Positions 8,859 through 17,840 of a stretch of DNA of 64,000 bases are shown here, piece by piece. The position numbers were made by a program, and so were the translations under genes. This stretch comes from an uncultured Actinomycetes bacterium (GTDB taxonomy: Bacteria; Actinomycetota; Coriobacteriia; Anaerosomatales; PHET01). Position 1 is the first letter of the stretch, and each line of letters starts with the position of its first letter. The stretch is taken from assembly GCA_947085035.1 (NCBI GenBank), contig CAMTUW010000003.1, positions 27 to 64,026 of the forward strand, written 5' to 3'. The notes beneath the pieces are model-generated. The model saw only the letters and a list, made by a program, of their open reading frames with translations, was not told the DNA's origin and made no database searches.

Positions 8859-10535
8859 CTACAGTGAACGGACCAACAGTACCGAGAGCGCATCGAAGTG
8901 ACCTGCGGCGATGACGCCCGCCGGGCCGGTGGTGATGCGCTCCTCGGGATAACCCAACCTCTCAAGCACGGTGACCTCGAAGCGCCCGAGCTCGCTCAAC
9001 GCCGCCGAGAAGACCTGCGGCGACACACTCCGGTCGACGAGCACCAACGTGCGCTCGTGCGTCGCACACGTCGCGAGCGCTTCTTCCGGCTCGCGGCCGT
9101 GGACACTTGCCACCGCGACCCCTTCCCAGCTCATCCCCAGTCGCGCAAGGGCTGTGGTGGCCGACGAGATGCCCGGCACCACGCGCACCGCAAGCTGCGG
9201 CGCGAAGCGACGCACCGACGCGAGCAGGCCGAAGAACGCCGGGTCCCCGCTTGAAAGCGCGACCACGCGTCTGCCGGCGTCGATGGCCCGGGCAACGTCG
9301 GCGAGCGCACTCGCGACATCGGCGCCGATCACGATGCGCTCGACGCCCTCGGGCGCGAACACGTCGAGCAGGCGCGTGCCGCCCGCGACGACCTCGGCGC
9401 GGCGGATCTCTCGCCATGCGGCGGCCGTGAGCAGATCCTCGGCACCGGGGCCCACGCCCACGATCACGAGCCCGTCAGTCGGCTGCGACGCACGCCCGGT
9501 CGCGCCCAACACCTCGCCACCGTAACCGAGCAGCACCACGTCGACCGGCAGACCCGCACGCTCGCTTGACCTGCGCGAGGCGCGCCGGGCTACAGCGTCC
9601 CACACGTGCGCGAGGTCGGCCCGCTCGAGCTCTGCGATCGCCGCTTGGACGGTGGGCAGCTCGAGCAGCCGCGCGACCAGCGGCCCCGCCGCGCCTTCGG
9701 CCGCCGCCACCGCAGCGACCGTCTCAAGGCGCGCGTCACCGGCCCGGTTGTGCGTGTCGAACACTCCCGCAGCGACCTTCACGAGCTTGCCCGCGTGGCC
9801 CACGAGCACCACGCGCTCCACGCCTGCACGCGCGCACGCGTCGAGCAGGTCGCCCACGAAGTTCGAGCAGATGACCACCGCTTCTGCCGGCGCGCCCAAC
9901 TCCTCGATCGCGAATCGCTCTCCGATGCCGCCGGGCGCGAGCCACACGGTGCGGTGCCCCGCAGAGACGGCCACGTCGACTTGGGGCAGCAACGAGCGCA
10001 TCCACGCCTCGGTCGATTTCGGCTCGACGCGCCCCGTGGTGCCGATGATCGAGATCCCGCCCTCGATGCCCAACCGCCGGTTGAACGTCTTCGCCGCGAG
10101 CTCGGAGCCGCCAAGCGCGCCCACCGTGACCAGCGCGTCCACACGATCGCCCAAGACCTCCGCCAACGCGGCGCGGATCATCTCGCGCGGCACGGGGTTG
10201 ATGGCGGGCTCGCCGGGTTCGAGCTGCAGCCCCGACTTGGTCACCACGCCCACGCCCTCACCTGCGGCGAATCGCACGCCCTCGCCACCGAGCTCCACCG
10301 TCACCACGATCGTGATGCCGTCGGTGACATCGGCATCGTCGCCGGCATCTTTCACCACGGCCGCGCGTGCGACGCCCTCGCCCACCAGCGCCGCCGAGAC
10401 GCCCTCGAGGGAGACCAGCGCGCCGCCGGGCAGCGCGACCTCGACCGCGCTGACAGCGTCTTGCCCGGCCAGCAGCAGCGCTGCGGCCTTCGCGGCCCCG
10501 GTCGCACACGTACCCGTGGTGAGCCCTGATCGCAT
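8859..10535 (-). CDS. cbiD/cbiE: fusion protein: cobalt-precorrin-5B C1-methyltransferase (CbiD) + cobalt-precorrin-7 C5-methyltransferase (CbiE)
   Basis: The N-terminus MRSGLTTGTCATGAAKAA... is CbiD-like. From about 9470 downwards, LVIVGVGPGAEDLLT...SSGDPAFFG is a CbiE-type tetrapyrrole methylase. Single 558-aa frame. Confidence 0.85.
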   Translation of the reverse strand: MRSGLTTGTCATGAAKAAALLLAGQDAVSAVEVALPGGALVSLEGVSAALVGEGVARAAVVKDAGDDADVTDGITIVVTVELGGEGVRFAAGEGVGVVTKSGLQLEPGEPAINPVPREMIRAALAEVLGDRVDALVTVGALGGSELAAKTFNRRLGIEGGISIIGTTGRVEPKSTEAWMRSLLPQVDVAVSAGHRTVWLAPGGIGERFAIEELGAPAEAVVICSNFVGDLLDACARAGVERVVLVGHAGKLVKVAAGVFDTHNRAGDARLETVAAVAAAEGAAGPLVARLLELPTVQAAIAELERADLAHVWDAVARRASRRSSERAGLPVDVVLLGYGGEVLGATGRASQPTDGLVIVGVGPGAEDLLTAAAWREIRRAEVVAGGTRLLDVFAPEGVERIVIGADVASALADVARAIDAGRRVVALSSGDPAFFGLLASVRRFAPQLAVRVVPGISSATTALARLGMSWEGVAVASVHGREPEEALATCATHERTLVLVDRSVSPQVFSAALSELGRFEVTVLERLGYPEERITTGPAGVIAAGHFDALSVLLVRSL

Positions 10536-10542
10536 GGGGAGT

Positions 10543-11538
10543 CTAGTCCTCCTCAGACAGTCTGAGCAGCGCGTTCACCGCAGTCGCAGCCAGGGGCGAG
10601 CCCCCGCGCGCACCACGGATCGTCACGAACTCCAGCCCGCTCGCCTCAAGCGCCGCCTTCGACTCGGCCGCGTCCACGAAGCCCACCGGGACACCCACCA
10701 CGAGCGCCGGGCGAGCCGTGCCCTGGGCCGCCAGCGCCATCACCTCGCGAAGCGCCGAGGGAGCGTTCCCAATGGCGAGAACCGCGCCGTCGATCTGCGC
10801 TCCGAAGCGCCGCATCGCGCTCGCCGCGCGGGTGCGACCGGAAGCGACGGCATCCTGGGCGACCAGCACGTCGTCGATCAAGCACTGTGTCCGCCCGCCG
10901 AGAAGCTCCAGCCGCCGCGAGTCGATGCCGGCTTCAACCATCCGCACGTCGGTGATGACCGTGGCACCCGCGCGCAGGGCCGCCACTCCCGCCGACACCG
11001 CACCGGGCGACAGCGCCACGACGCCTTGCAGCGACAGATCGCCGCTCGCGTGCACGAGCCGCCTGACCACCGCACGCGCGCCCGCATCCGCGAACCCCTC
11101 CAGCGCACCATCGATCACGCGCATGCTCTCGGCCTCGATCTCGTGCGGTTCGCGCGCGCCCCAGACCGTCTGGGGCGACCAGCCCAGCCGCTCGAGCAGC
11201 ACCTCGGTCACGCGCGGGTCCGGACCTATGGGCTCGCGCTGCTCGAAGACGACGCCCGGATACTCCTCGGACAGGCGTGCGATCTTCTTCGGGACGTCGT
11301 GCTTGATGTGGTTGCCCGTGAACAGGAAGCACGGCAACACCACGATCCGCCGCGCGCCCTCGGCGATGGCCAGCCCGACCGCGGAGGGAAGCGACGGCTC
11401 GGCCAGCTCCATGAACGCGGGATACACGCTCGCATCGGGAAGCCTCGGCGCAAGAGCGGCCGCGACACGGAAGAACTGCTCGGCTGCCTCGGGAGAACGA
11501 CTCCCGTGACCCAAAACGACAACGGCCAGATCACTCAT
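10543..11538 (-). CDS. cbiX/cbiC: fusion protein: small sirohydrochlorin cobaltochelatase (CbiX-type) + cobalt-precorrin-8 methylmutase (CbiC)
   Basis: The N-terminus VVVLGHGSRS...VLPCFLFTGNHIKHDVP is CbiX-like. The C-terminal ~200 aa (RLVHASGD...AIGNAPSAL...VVGVPVGFV...RGGSPLAAT) is CbiC-like. ATG at 11538 overlaps the cbiA stop by 8 nt. Confidence 0.85.
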   Translation of the reverse strand: MSDLAVVVLGHGSRSPEAAEQFFRVAAALAPRLPDASVYPAFMELAEPSLPSAVGLAIAEGARRIVVLPCFLFTGNHIKHDVPKKIARLSEEYPGVVFEQREPIGPDPRVTEVLLERLGWSPQTVWGAREPHEIEAESMRVIDGALEGFADAGARAVVRRLVHASGDLSLQGVVALSPGAVSAGVAALRAGATVITDVRMVEAGIDSRRLELLGGRTQCLIDDVLVAQDAVASGRTRAASAMRRFGAQIDGAVLAIGNAPSALREVMALAAQGTARPALVVGVPVGFVDAAESKAALEASGLEFVTIRGARGGSPLAATAVNALLRLSEED

Positions 11539-12937
11539 CGAAACCTCCGGAACCGGACACGGCATGCGCTGCGCACGCCTCGACGAACGCGCCGGCCACC
11601 TCGGGGCAGCCAGCGAAGTTCAGATGCAGATAGGATGCGATCACGTTGCGCGGCGCGGCACCGTCAGGGCCGGTCGCGAACCCCTGGCCTTCGCCGTCGA
11701 CGAGCCACGCGGGCGCCTCACCGCAGGTGGGCTCGCACGTCGAGTAGCGAAACTCGTGTCCGCGGACGCGGATCCCGGCCGCACCCAACACGCAATCGGA
11801 GGCAAGCTCCGCCTCGACGTAACCGACCCGGCGCACGCGATCGCCCATGCGACCCCTCGCCGACACGACCCCGGTCATGGCGTGGCTGACCCCATCGGCA
11901 TCGGTCAGCGATTCGAGCAGATAGAGCATCCCCCCGCACTCCGCGTAGACCGGCATGCCCGCTGCTGCGGCGACAGCCACGGACGCGCGCATCGACTCAT
12001 TCGCCGCCAGATGCTCGGCGTGCAGCTCGGGATACCCGCCGCCCAGGTAGAGGCCGCTCGTCTGGCAGGGAAGCGCCGCGTCGTGAAGCGGGCTGAATTC
12101 GACGATCTCGGCGCCGCATGCCTCGAGAATCTCCAGGTTGTCGACGTACGTGAACGAGAAGGCCTCGTCGCGCGCCACCGCGATGCGAGGACGGACGCCG
12201 GAGGCGACCACGTGCTCGCGAATCGCCGGTTCGACCTTCTGGCTCGGTTCGGCCGAGCGCGCCAGAGCGAGCAGCGCATCCACGTTGGCGTGTCGCTCGA
12301 CCCACTCGCCCAGCGCATCAATCGTGGCGCGGCCTGCGACCTCGTCTTCCGTGGCCTCGACCAGCCCCAGATGCCGTGCGCCCAGGGCGCCTCGCGAATC
12401 ATCAGGCAGCCAGCCCAGAACCGAGAGCCCCGTGCGCTCGAAGGCCTTCACGATCGACGCGCGCTCGCGATGCGCACCGAAACGGTTGAGCACGACGGCG
12501 GCCACCCGCAGATCGGGCTCGAGGGTCGCGAACCCGTGTGCGAGCGCAGCGACGCTTCCGCCCGCGCGCGACGAATCGACAACGAGTACCACGGGAGCGT
12601 CAAGCAGCTTGGCCACGTCAGCGGTAGAGGTGGCTGCGGCGCCGGTGCGGTGGCCGTCGAACAGCCCCATCACACCCTCGATGAGCACGACATCGGCGTC
12701 CTTCGCGGCACATGAGAACGCAGCGCGCACTCCCTCCTCGCCCATCGTCCACACGTCGAGGTTGCGCGCGGGGCGCCCGGCCGCAAGCGTGAGCCATCCG
12801 GTGTCGAGGTAGTCCGGCCCCACCTTGGCAAGGCCCACGGTGAGCCCCCTGGCACGCAACGCCGCAGCCAATCCGAGCGTCACCGAGGTCTTGCCCTCGC
12901 CACTGCGAGGAGCGGCGATCACCAGTCGCGCGCTCAT
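11531..12937 (-). CDS. cbiA: cobyrinic acid a,c-diamide synthase
   Basis: 468 aa with IAAPRSGEGKTSVTLGL...GPDYLD...YAECGGMLYL (ATPase + GATase). Confidence 0.92.
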   Translation of the reverse strand: MSARLVIAAPRSGEGKTSVTLGLAAALRARGLTVGLAKVGPDYLDTGWLTLAAGRPARNLDVWTMGEEGVRAAFSCAAKDADVVLIEGVMGLFDGHRTGAAATSTADVAKLLDAPVVLVVDSSRAGGSVAALAHGFATLEPDLRVAAVVLNRFGAHRERASIVKAFERTGLSVLGWLPDDSRGALGARHLGLVEATEDEVAGRATIDALGEWVERHANVDALLALARSAEPSQKVEPAIREHVVASGVRPRIAVARDEAFSFTYVDNLEILEACGAEIVEFSPLHDAALPCQTSGLYLGGGYPELHAEHLAANESMRASVAVAAAAGMPVYAECGGMLYLLESLTDADGVSHAMTGVVSARGRMGDRVRRVGYVEAELASDCVLGAAGIRVRGHEFRYSTCEPTCGEAPAWLVDGEGQGFATGPDGAAPRNVIASYLHLNFAGCPEVAGAFVEACAAHAVSGSGGFDE

Positions 12938-13614
12938 TCGCCCTCAAGCTCCTGGACGGCACACGCGCGCCAAGGCGCCCACGAGGCGACGAGCGAGACA
13001 TCAGCAAGCCTCGTCATCACCACGCCGGAAAGCACACTCTCGGTCAGGATCATCGGGATCTCGGCAGGCAGGTAACTCATGACGACGGCGAGAAACATAG
13101 CGGGAGCCCCTGCCGGCGAATCTGCAAGCGACCACGCCAACAGCGCAGCGGTGCTCAGATACGTGGCCGCGCAAGCAAGCGCGGACGCGACGGAGCCCGC
13201 GATGAACCGCGAGCCCTCGGCCCGACGGATCAACCGGTATGTCAGCCATGCGACCACGGGGCCCGCGACCCCCATCGAAAGCGTGCCGGCGCCCCATGCG
13301 GTCATTCCCCCGTGCCCGATGAGACTTTGGAGGAACACCACCACACCCGAGATCACCGCCACCGGTGCCGGGCCCAGAACGAGCGCCGCAAGAGGAGTCC
13401 CGAGCACGTGAGCGCTCGTGCCCGGCCACGCGGGGAGCGGCACGGCGGACGCGACGAACAGGGCGGCCGACGCGGCGCCCAGCGTAGCCACGGTGCGCGC
13501 CCGACTGATCCCGAGACGGCGGATGCGCGCCGCACTCACGGCGACTGCCCCCACAGCGACCGCAGTGGTGAGCGTGATGACCTCGGGGCCGAGAACCCCA
13601 TCCGCGATGTGCAC
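12934..13614 (-). CDS. cbiM: cobalt ECF-transporter substrate-capture component CbiM
   Basis: It begins (GTG start) MHIADGVL, the invariant CbiM N-terminus, followed by multiple hydrophobic helices. A GAGGAG RBS sits 6 nt upstream. No cbiN/Q/O follows. Confidence 0.85.
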   Translation of the reverse strand: MHIADGVLGPEVITLTTAVAVGAVAVSAARIRRLGISRARTVATLGAASAALFVASAVPLPAWPGTSAHVLGTPLAALVLGPAPVAVISGVVVFLQSLIGHGGMTAWGAGTLSMGVAGPVVAWLTYRLIRRAEGSRFIAGSVASALACAATYLSTAALLAWSLADSPAGAPAMFLAVVMSYLPAEIPMILTESVLSGVVMTRLADVSLVASWAPWRACAVQELEGE

Positions 13615-13639
13615 GATCGCTCCTCAGGTTCACCCGGAG

Positions 13640-13870
13640 CGGTTCTCGGAATGCGAGTCGTGAGACCCGATGAGTGTAGCCACGATGCCCTGAAGAAAGG
13701 CGCACCCAGCGGACTCGTCCTGTTTCCGAGGACTGCCCCGCGCCTACTTGGCAGGTCTCCCGACTTAGGACTCGCGATACGCGAAGCCCATCACGGTGGC
13801 GGACCCGTGCCGGATTCTCACCGGCTTCCCTATTCTCCGTCGGCATCGAGCCGTCGGCACCAAGGAGGCG
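13640..13870 (-). promoter_or_regulatory. cobalamin (AdoCbl) riboswitch, 5' leader of the cbiM-cobD operon
   Basis: The minus-strand read is GGTGCCGACGG...GAGAATAGGGAAGCCGGTGAGAATCCGGCACGGGTCCGCCACCGTGA...AGTCGGGAGACCTGCCAAG. That gives the conserved core plus the B12 box. Downstream, CGCTCC...GGAGCG can pair over the cbiM SD. Confidence 0.9.
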
Positions 13871-13938
13871 TGTTGACGTTGCAGAGGCAACGTTACCCCG
13901 CGCGACGTCAAGTCACAAGGGGGTCAGCACACCTCAGA

Positions 13939-15891
13939 TCACGCGTACGTCAGCCGAAGCGCCGTGGCCGCGTTGGGCTCCAAGGAGATCCCGAAGGCGG
14001 TGCCGCCCACTGCTACCGGCGCCCCGCCCCTCACGTCTGTGATCGAGGCGACGCGGCGCTCTGTCGAGAGTTGCGCGTCGACAGGTACGTCAGAGTGGTT
14101 CAAGGCGACTAACACGTCATCCGTATCGCCTTGGAAGAGCGCGACCTCGACGTCGGCCTGATCGCAGCCGATCGGCGCCCCCGCACCCGCTCCGCGCGCC
14201 ACGGCGCCGTAGACCTCGCGCGCAAGATGGCTGACGCTTTCCGGGGTCGCCCACTGATCGCCCTGCGCGATCGCGCGCTCAAGAGGTACCGCGCAGTAGA
14301 CGGCGCGCCCCTGCCCGGTCTGGTTGATCGTGAGCAGAGGGCTTCCCTTGGCGTCCGTCGCCACGATCGTCGCCGTGCCTCCCGACAGAAGCGCGTGGTT
14401 CGGCACGTCGAAACGCGCGTCGAAACTCTGCAGGTTCCCGAGGATGTCGGCGTGCGCCACCCGGCATGACAGCGTGGACCGTGGCCCGCCGTCGCCGAGG
14501 AACTCGATTCCGAACAGGTCGCGCAGCGCCGGGTGGGCGTCGCCGCCGCCGTAGCTCATCAGCAGCGTTCCCCCTCCTTGGACGAACTCGCTCAGACGCT
14601 CCCACGTGCGCTCGGTCAGATCGAACGCGCTCGGCACGATGAGCACCTGGAGCTCGTCGTAGGAGTCATCCTCGCGAATCACCGTCACGGGCACGTGCGC
14701 TTGCTTCGCGGTGATGAACGCCTGGAAGCACGCGCGCGGACCGAAGAGCCCCGCAAGCGAAGGAAGCGGAGCGAACCGCTCGTCCGGCACGACCACGGCG
14801 CTGCGCTCGGCGAGAAGGGTGTGCGTCTTGAGGTCGATGCGGGCGGCGGTGCGCACGAACTTGTAGAACTCGGTGAAGGCCGGCTTGGTCGCACCATCGG
14901 CGTCCGCCATGCCGATCAGCGTCTCGAACGGATCGAGGAAGTACGGCTCGCGCCTCTCGGTATCCATGTCGCGCAGCCTGCGGACCATGGCGCCGCCCGC
15001 CCGATTGATGAGGCCCGACCACAGAACCGAACGCAGGTACGCGGCCTCCTCGGTGGGCGAGTACTCAAGGGACTGCGCGCCGATCTCGTCCATGAGCACG
15101 GGGCAACCACGGTGAGCGTTGCGCAGCAGGTAGGCGTCGAGGTACGTGGACGGACCGCTTGAGAGCGGACCTTGCGAGGCGTAAGCCCGGTACGCCGCCG
15201 TCACGTGACTGACGGCGAACTCGCAGCGCTCGAGCGCCGCGCGGGCATCGACTCCGGTCGCGCGAAAGAGCGTCTCGGGGTCGGCACCCAGACCGATCGG
15301 GCGCTTGGGGTCATGCTCGCGAATGGACTCTCGCAAGGCGTCGACCCACGCATCGAGCTCGTCAGCTGAAGTGAACCCCGACAGGAACGCCTCGTTGCCC
15401 AGTTGCCAGGCGAAGACCCCGCGCTCGTGACGGAAGCGGCTCACGACCTTTGCCACGAGCGCCGTCTCGCGCTGGACCAGGTAACCGTCGGTTCGCGCAT
15501 CCCTACGCTTGCCCCACACGACCTCGGTGAGCTCGGCGTGACGGTCGTCGGCGAAGAAGCACACGATCGCCTGCATCTTGCGAGCACGCGCCCCCTCGAC
15601 GATGGCGACGAGCCGCTCCAACGCGTCCTCGTCGTACTGGCCCACCTGGGGCTCGAGGACTCGCCAGCTCACCAACAGGCGCACGAGCGCGCTCTTGCTC
15701 TGCGCGAGCACGTCGAGGTCTGACGTCAGATCACGCCCGTACCAGTCATCAGGACTCTGCGTCTCGGCGTCAAGCGGAGACAGCGTCACGCCCACCGGGA
15801 ACAGCGGGTTGCGTTGCAGCGTTTTCGCCGACGCGCCCGCAGCGGCGGCTTCCGCGCTCGCACGCCTCGGAGCGGAGGCGATCTCGTGCAT
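13939..15891 (-). CDS. putative clan GH-A glycoside hydrolase with C-terminal beta-galactosidase-trimerisation-like domain
   Basis: (beta/alpha)8-like region with WQLGNEAF (acid/base NE) and VLMDEIG (candidate nucleophile), followed by LIVPSAFDL...GGGTLLMSYGGG. Start trimmed to the ATG at 15891 (the ORF-track N-terminus overlaps the upstream TPR gene). No signal peptide seen. Confidence 0.6.
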   Translation of the reverse strand: MHEIASAPRRASAEAAAAGASAKTLQRNPLFPVGVTLSPLDAETQSPDDWYGRDLTSDLDVLAQSKSALVRLLVSWRVLEPQVGQYDEDALERLVAIVEGARARKMQAIVCFFADDRHAELTEVVWGKRRDARTDGYLVQRETALVAKVVSRFRHERGVFAWQLGNEAFLSGFTSADELDAWVDALRESIREHDPKRPIGLGADPETLFRATGVDARAALERCEFAVSHVTAAYRAYASQGPLSSGPSTYLDAYLLRNAHRGCPVLMDEIGAQSLEYSPTEEAAYLRSVLWSGLINRAGGAMVRRLRDMDTERREPYFLDPFETLIGMADADGATKPAFTEFYKFVRTAARIDLKTHTLLAERSAVVVPDERFAPLPSLAGLFGPRACFQAFITAKQAHVPVTVIREDDSYDELQVLIVPSAFDLTERTWERLSEFVQGGGTLLMSYGGGDAHPALRDLFGIEFLGDGGPRSTLSCRVAHADILGNLQSFDARFDVPNHALLSGGTATIVATDAKGSPLLTINQTGQGRAVYCAVPLERAIAQGDQWATPESVSHLAREVYGAVARGAGAGAPIGCDQADVEVALFQGDTDDVLVALNHSDVPVDAQLSTERRVASITDVRGGAPVAVGGTAFGISLEPNAATALRLTYA

Positions 15892-15955
15892 CTCCGCACC
15901 GGACTCGATGCGCTGGCGAGGCTGTCTGGGCCCGCCCTTGCGTGTTGGCACGGCG

Positions 15956-17119
15956 CTACTCCCTCCCCTCGGCGTATGCGTCATAGAGTTGCCAGAACGA
16001 CCCCTGCCTGCGGGTGTCGTGATATGCGGCCCGACGGATCTCGTGATGGGCGCGCGAGTGCCGCCCCTCGGCGATGAGCACCGCGGCGAGTCCGAACCGG
16101 GCCCGTACGAATGCGGGGTCCAGTTCGACCGCGCGCAGGTAGGCCTGCTTCGCCTGGCCGTAGCGTTGCAAGGAGAGCAAAGACTCCGCGAGGAGCACGT
16201 GCGGCATGGGCTGATCCGGTACCGCCTTGGCAAGCGCCCCGAAGACCCGTGCGGCGTTGCGGCTCAGGCCCGGACGCTTGGCGAACGCGGCGCCCAACAC
16301 GTAGACGGCGGTCGGCGTTTTGGTCGAGACGGCAAGCGCTCGCAAGGCGACCGCCATGGCCTCGTTGACCGCCTCCTGCTTCAGATACAGGTAGCCGGCC
16401 AGCGCGAGCGCCTCGGCGTCATCCGCGTCGTCGTCGAGGATGAGCCGAATGAGGTCGACCGCGTTGAAGAAGTCCTCCTCGAAGGCGAGGGAGAACGCGG
16501 CGTTGAGGCGGGAGTCGCGATCGGACGGCACGTCGATGGGGTCGGGTGCCGCGGCGCCGTCATCGTGGACCCCGGCGAGCGCGAAGAAGAAATCGTCTTG
16601 GCTCGGGTCTAGCTCACCGGCCTTGCGAAATCCCGGAAGCGCGGTCGCCATGCCCTCCTTCTTAAGTGCCGCCACCGCGAGGTTGTACATCGCGCGCGCT
16701 TCGTGCGGATCCAGTTCGAGGGCCGTCTTCCACGCGCCGATCGCCTCCTCATCGAAGGCCGCGGCAGAGAACGCCTCGCCAAGCTGCACGTGCGCCGTCA
16801 CCAGGTCGGGTACCACCTCGGCCAGCTCATGCCACACGAGAATCGACTGGTCCCAGTTCCCGCCGCGTCGGTCGTAGGCAAGCCCCAGCGACAGGTACGC
16901 GGGCGCGCAGCCGGGATCGAGCTCGATCGCGCGAGCGGCCGCGTGAATCGCCTCGTCGAAGAAATCGCCATCGAGGAACAGGTCCGAGAGCAAAGCGTGG
17001 ACGAGAGGATCGCTCTCGTCGAGCCTGAGCGCCTCGTAGCACGCCTCGACAGCAGGAGCCACGTGCCCCTGGCGGGCAAGCCCCTCGGCGAGGAGTACCT
17101 GTCGCGGGCGCGGGCTCAC
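15956..17119 (-). CDS. tetratricopeptide (TPR) repeat protein
   Basis: Repeated A-x3-Y/F-x2-A-h-x-LDP 34-aa units (AIELDPGCAPAYLSLGLAY, ALELDPHEARAMYNLAVA, AVELDPAFVRARFGLA). GTG start in a GTGA overlap with the upstream gene. Confidence 0.85.
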   Translation of the reverse strand: MSPRPRQVLLAEGLARQGHVAPAVEACYEALRLDESDPLVHALLSDLFLDGDFFDEAIHAAARAIELDPGCAPAYLSLGLAYDRRGGNWDQSILVWHELAEVVPDLVTAHVQLGEAFSAAAFDEEAIGAWKTALELDPHEARAMYNLAVAALKKEGMATALPGFRKAGELDPSQDDFFFALAGVHDDGAAAPDPIDVPSDRDSRLNAAFSLAFEEDFFNAVDLIRLILDDDADDAEALALAGYLYLKQEAVNEAMAVALRALAVSTKTPTAVYVLGAAFAKRPGLSRNAARVFGALAKAVPDQPMPHVLLAESLLSLQRYGQAKQAYLRAVELDPAFVRARFGLAAVLIAEGRHSRAHHEIRRAAYHDTRRQGSFWQLYDAYAEGRE

Positions 17120-17787
17120 TGGTCGCTTCCCGCCGAGACTGCGCCACCCGCGGCCGCCGTGACCTTCGCGACCAGCTTCAAGGCGCTTTCGGCACCGCGC
17201 ACGACGCCGTTGGCGCCCACCTGCCTGGCGAGGCTGACGTCCGCTTCGAACGGGCCACCCGCGACGAACAGCACGAGGTCGTCTCGCCCGCCCGCTGAAA
17301 ACATCTCGCGCACGCGTGAGACGCTCGCTGCGGTTCCCATCATCTGAGCGAACACGATGACGATCCGCGCGCCGGTCTCCTCAGCCCGCTCGAGGAACTC
17401 GGCGGGGCGCACGTCGCTGCCCAGGTCGATCACGCGGTGCCCCGCTTCTTTGAGTGCAGCGGCCGCAACGTCTTTGTCGATCGTGTGGAGGTCACGGTGC
17501 ATCGTGCCCAGAAGGATCGTGATCCCTGTGTCATGAGCGGTCGTGGGCGGCGTCACGAAACTCGTGATCTGCTCGGCGACGACCGCCGCTTGGGTGAAGG
17601 AGTACTCGTCGATCGCGCCGCTTGCCCATGAGCCGCCCAGAAGCGACATCGCCGGCGCGAACAGCGTGTCAAACAGTCGGGTCTGCGCGACACCGGTGGC
17701 CTTGACCTGCTCGATGACTCCGATCGCCGCTGCCGGATCCTGGCTCACGAAGGCCTGGTACAGGCGTGCCGCAGCATCATCCGCCAT
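17116..17787 (-). CDS. standalone cobalamin-binding domain protein (helical cap + Rossmann B12-binding domain, no DNA-binding or catalytic domain)
   Basis: ILLGTMHRDLHTIDKDVAAAALKEAGHRVIDLGSDVRPAEF...IVIVFAQM...VAGGPF aligns to the DxHxxG...SxL...GG B12-binding signature, with Gly replaced by Asp. Start trimmed to the ATG at 17787 because the longer ORF overlaps tRNA-Leu. Confidence 0.7.
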   Translation of the reverse strand: MADDAAARLYQAFVSQDPAAAIGVIEQVKATGVAQTRLFDTLFAPAMSLLGGSWASGAIDEYSFTQAAVVAEQITSFVTPPTTAHDTGITILLGTMHRDLHTIDKDVAAAALKEAGHRVIDLGSDVRPAEFLERAEETGARIVIVFAQMMGTAASVSRVREMFSAGGRDDLVLFVAGGPFEADVSLARQVGANGVVRGAESALKLVAKVTAAAGGAVSAGSDQ

Positions 17788-17840
17788 CCCGTCCGGCCTC
17801 CTTTCCCTCAAACATCGTGTCGCACGACTGTTCATTCCCG

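Noticed and set aside
37-13000. Many long ORFs on the plus strand or in alternative minus frames across the B12 operon (for example 37..972+, 696..1475+, 1466..2824+, 3442..4434+, 6459..7985+, 9652..11889+)
   Set aside because: Their translations are Arg/Ala/Pro/Gly-rich low-complexity strings with no motifs. They lie antisense to, or out of frame with, genes that carry clear enzyme signatures. This is the typical open-frame artefact of very GC-rich DNA.
13876-13893. Palindrome ACGTTGC-AGAG-GCAACGT upstream of the riboswitch, as a terminator or operator
   Set aside because: The stem is short with no U-tract. It could be either the end of the glycosidase transcript or part of the cbi promoter, and I cannot distinguish these from sequence alone.
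15892-16233. N-terminal 114-aa extension of the glycosidase-like ORF (and similar extensions of cobD, cbiF, cbiL, cobT, the PPIase, the lipoproteins, DUF4013, DUF1801 and the META protein)
   Set aside because: The extensions overlap the preceding gene or a tRNA and are compositionally junk (Arg/Pro/Ser-rich). Internal starts with an RBS, a stop-start overlap or a signal peptide give family-typical N-termini.
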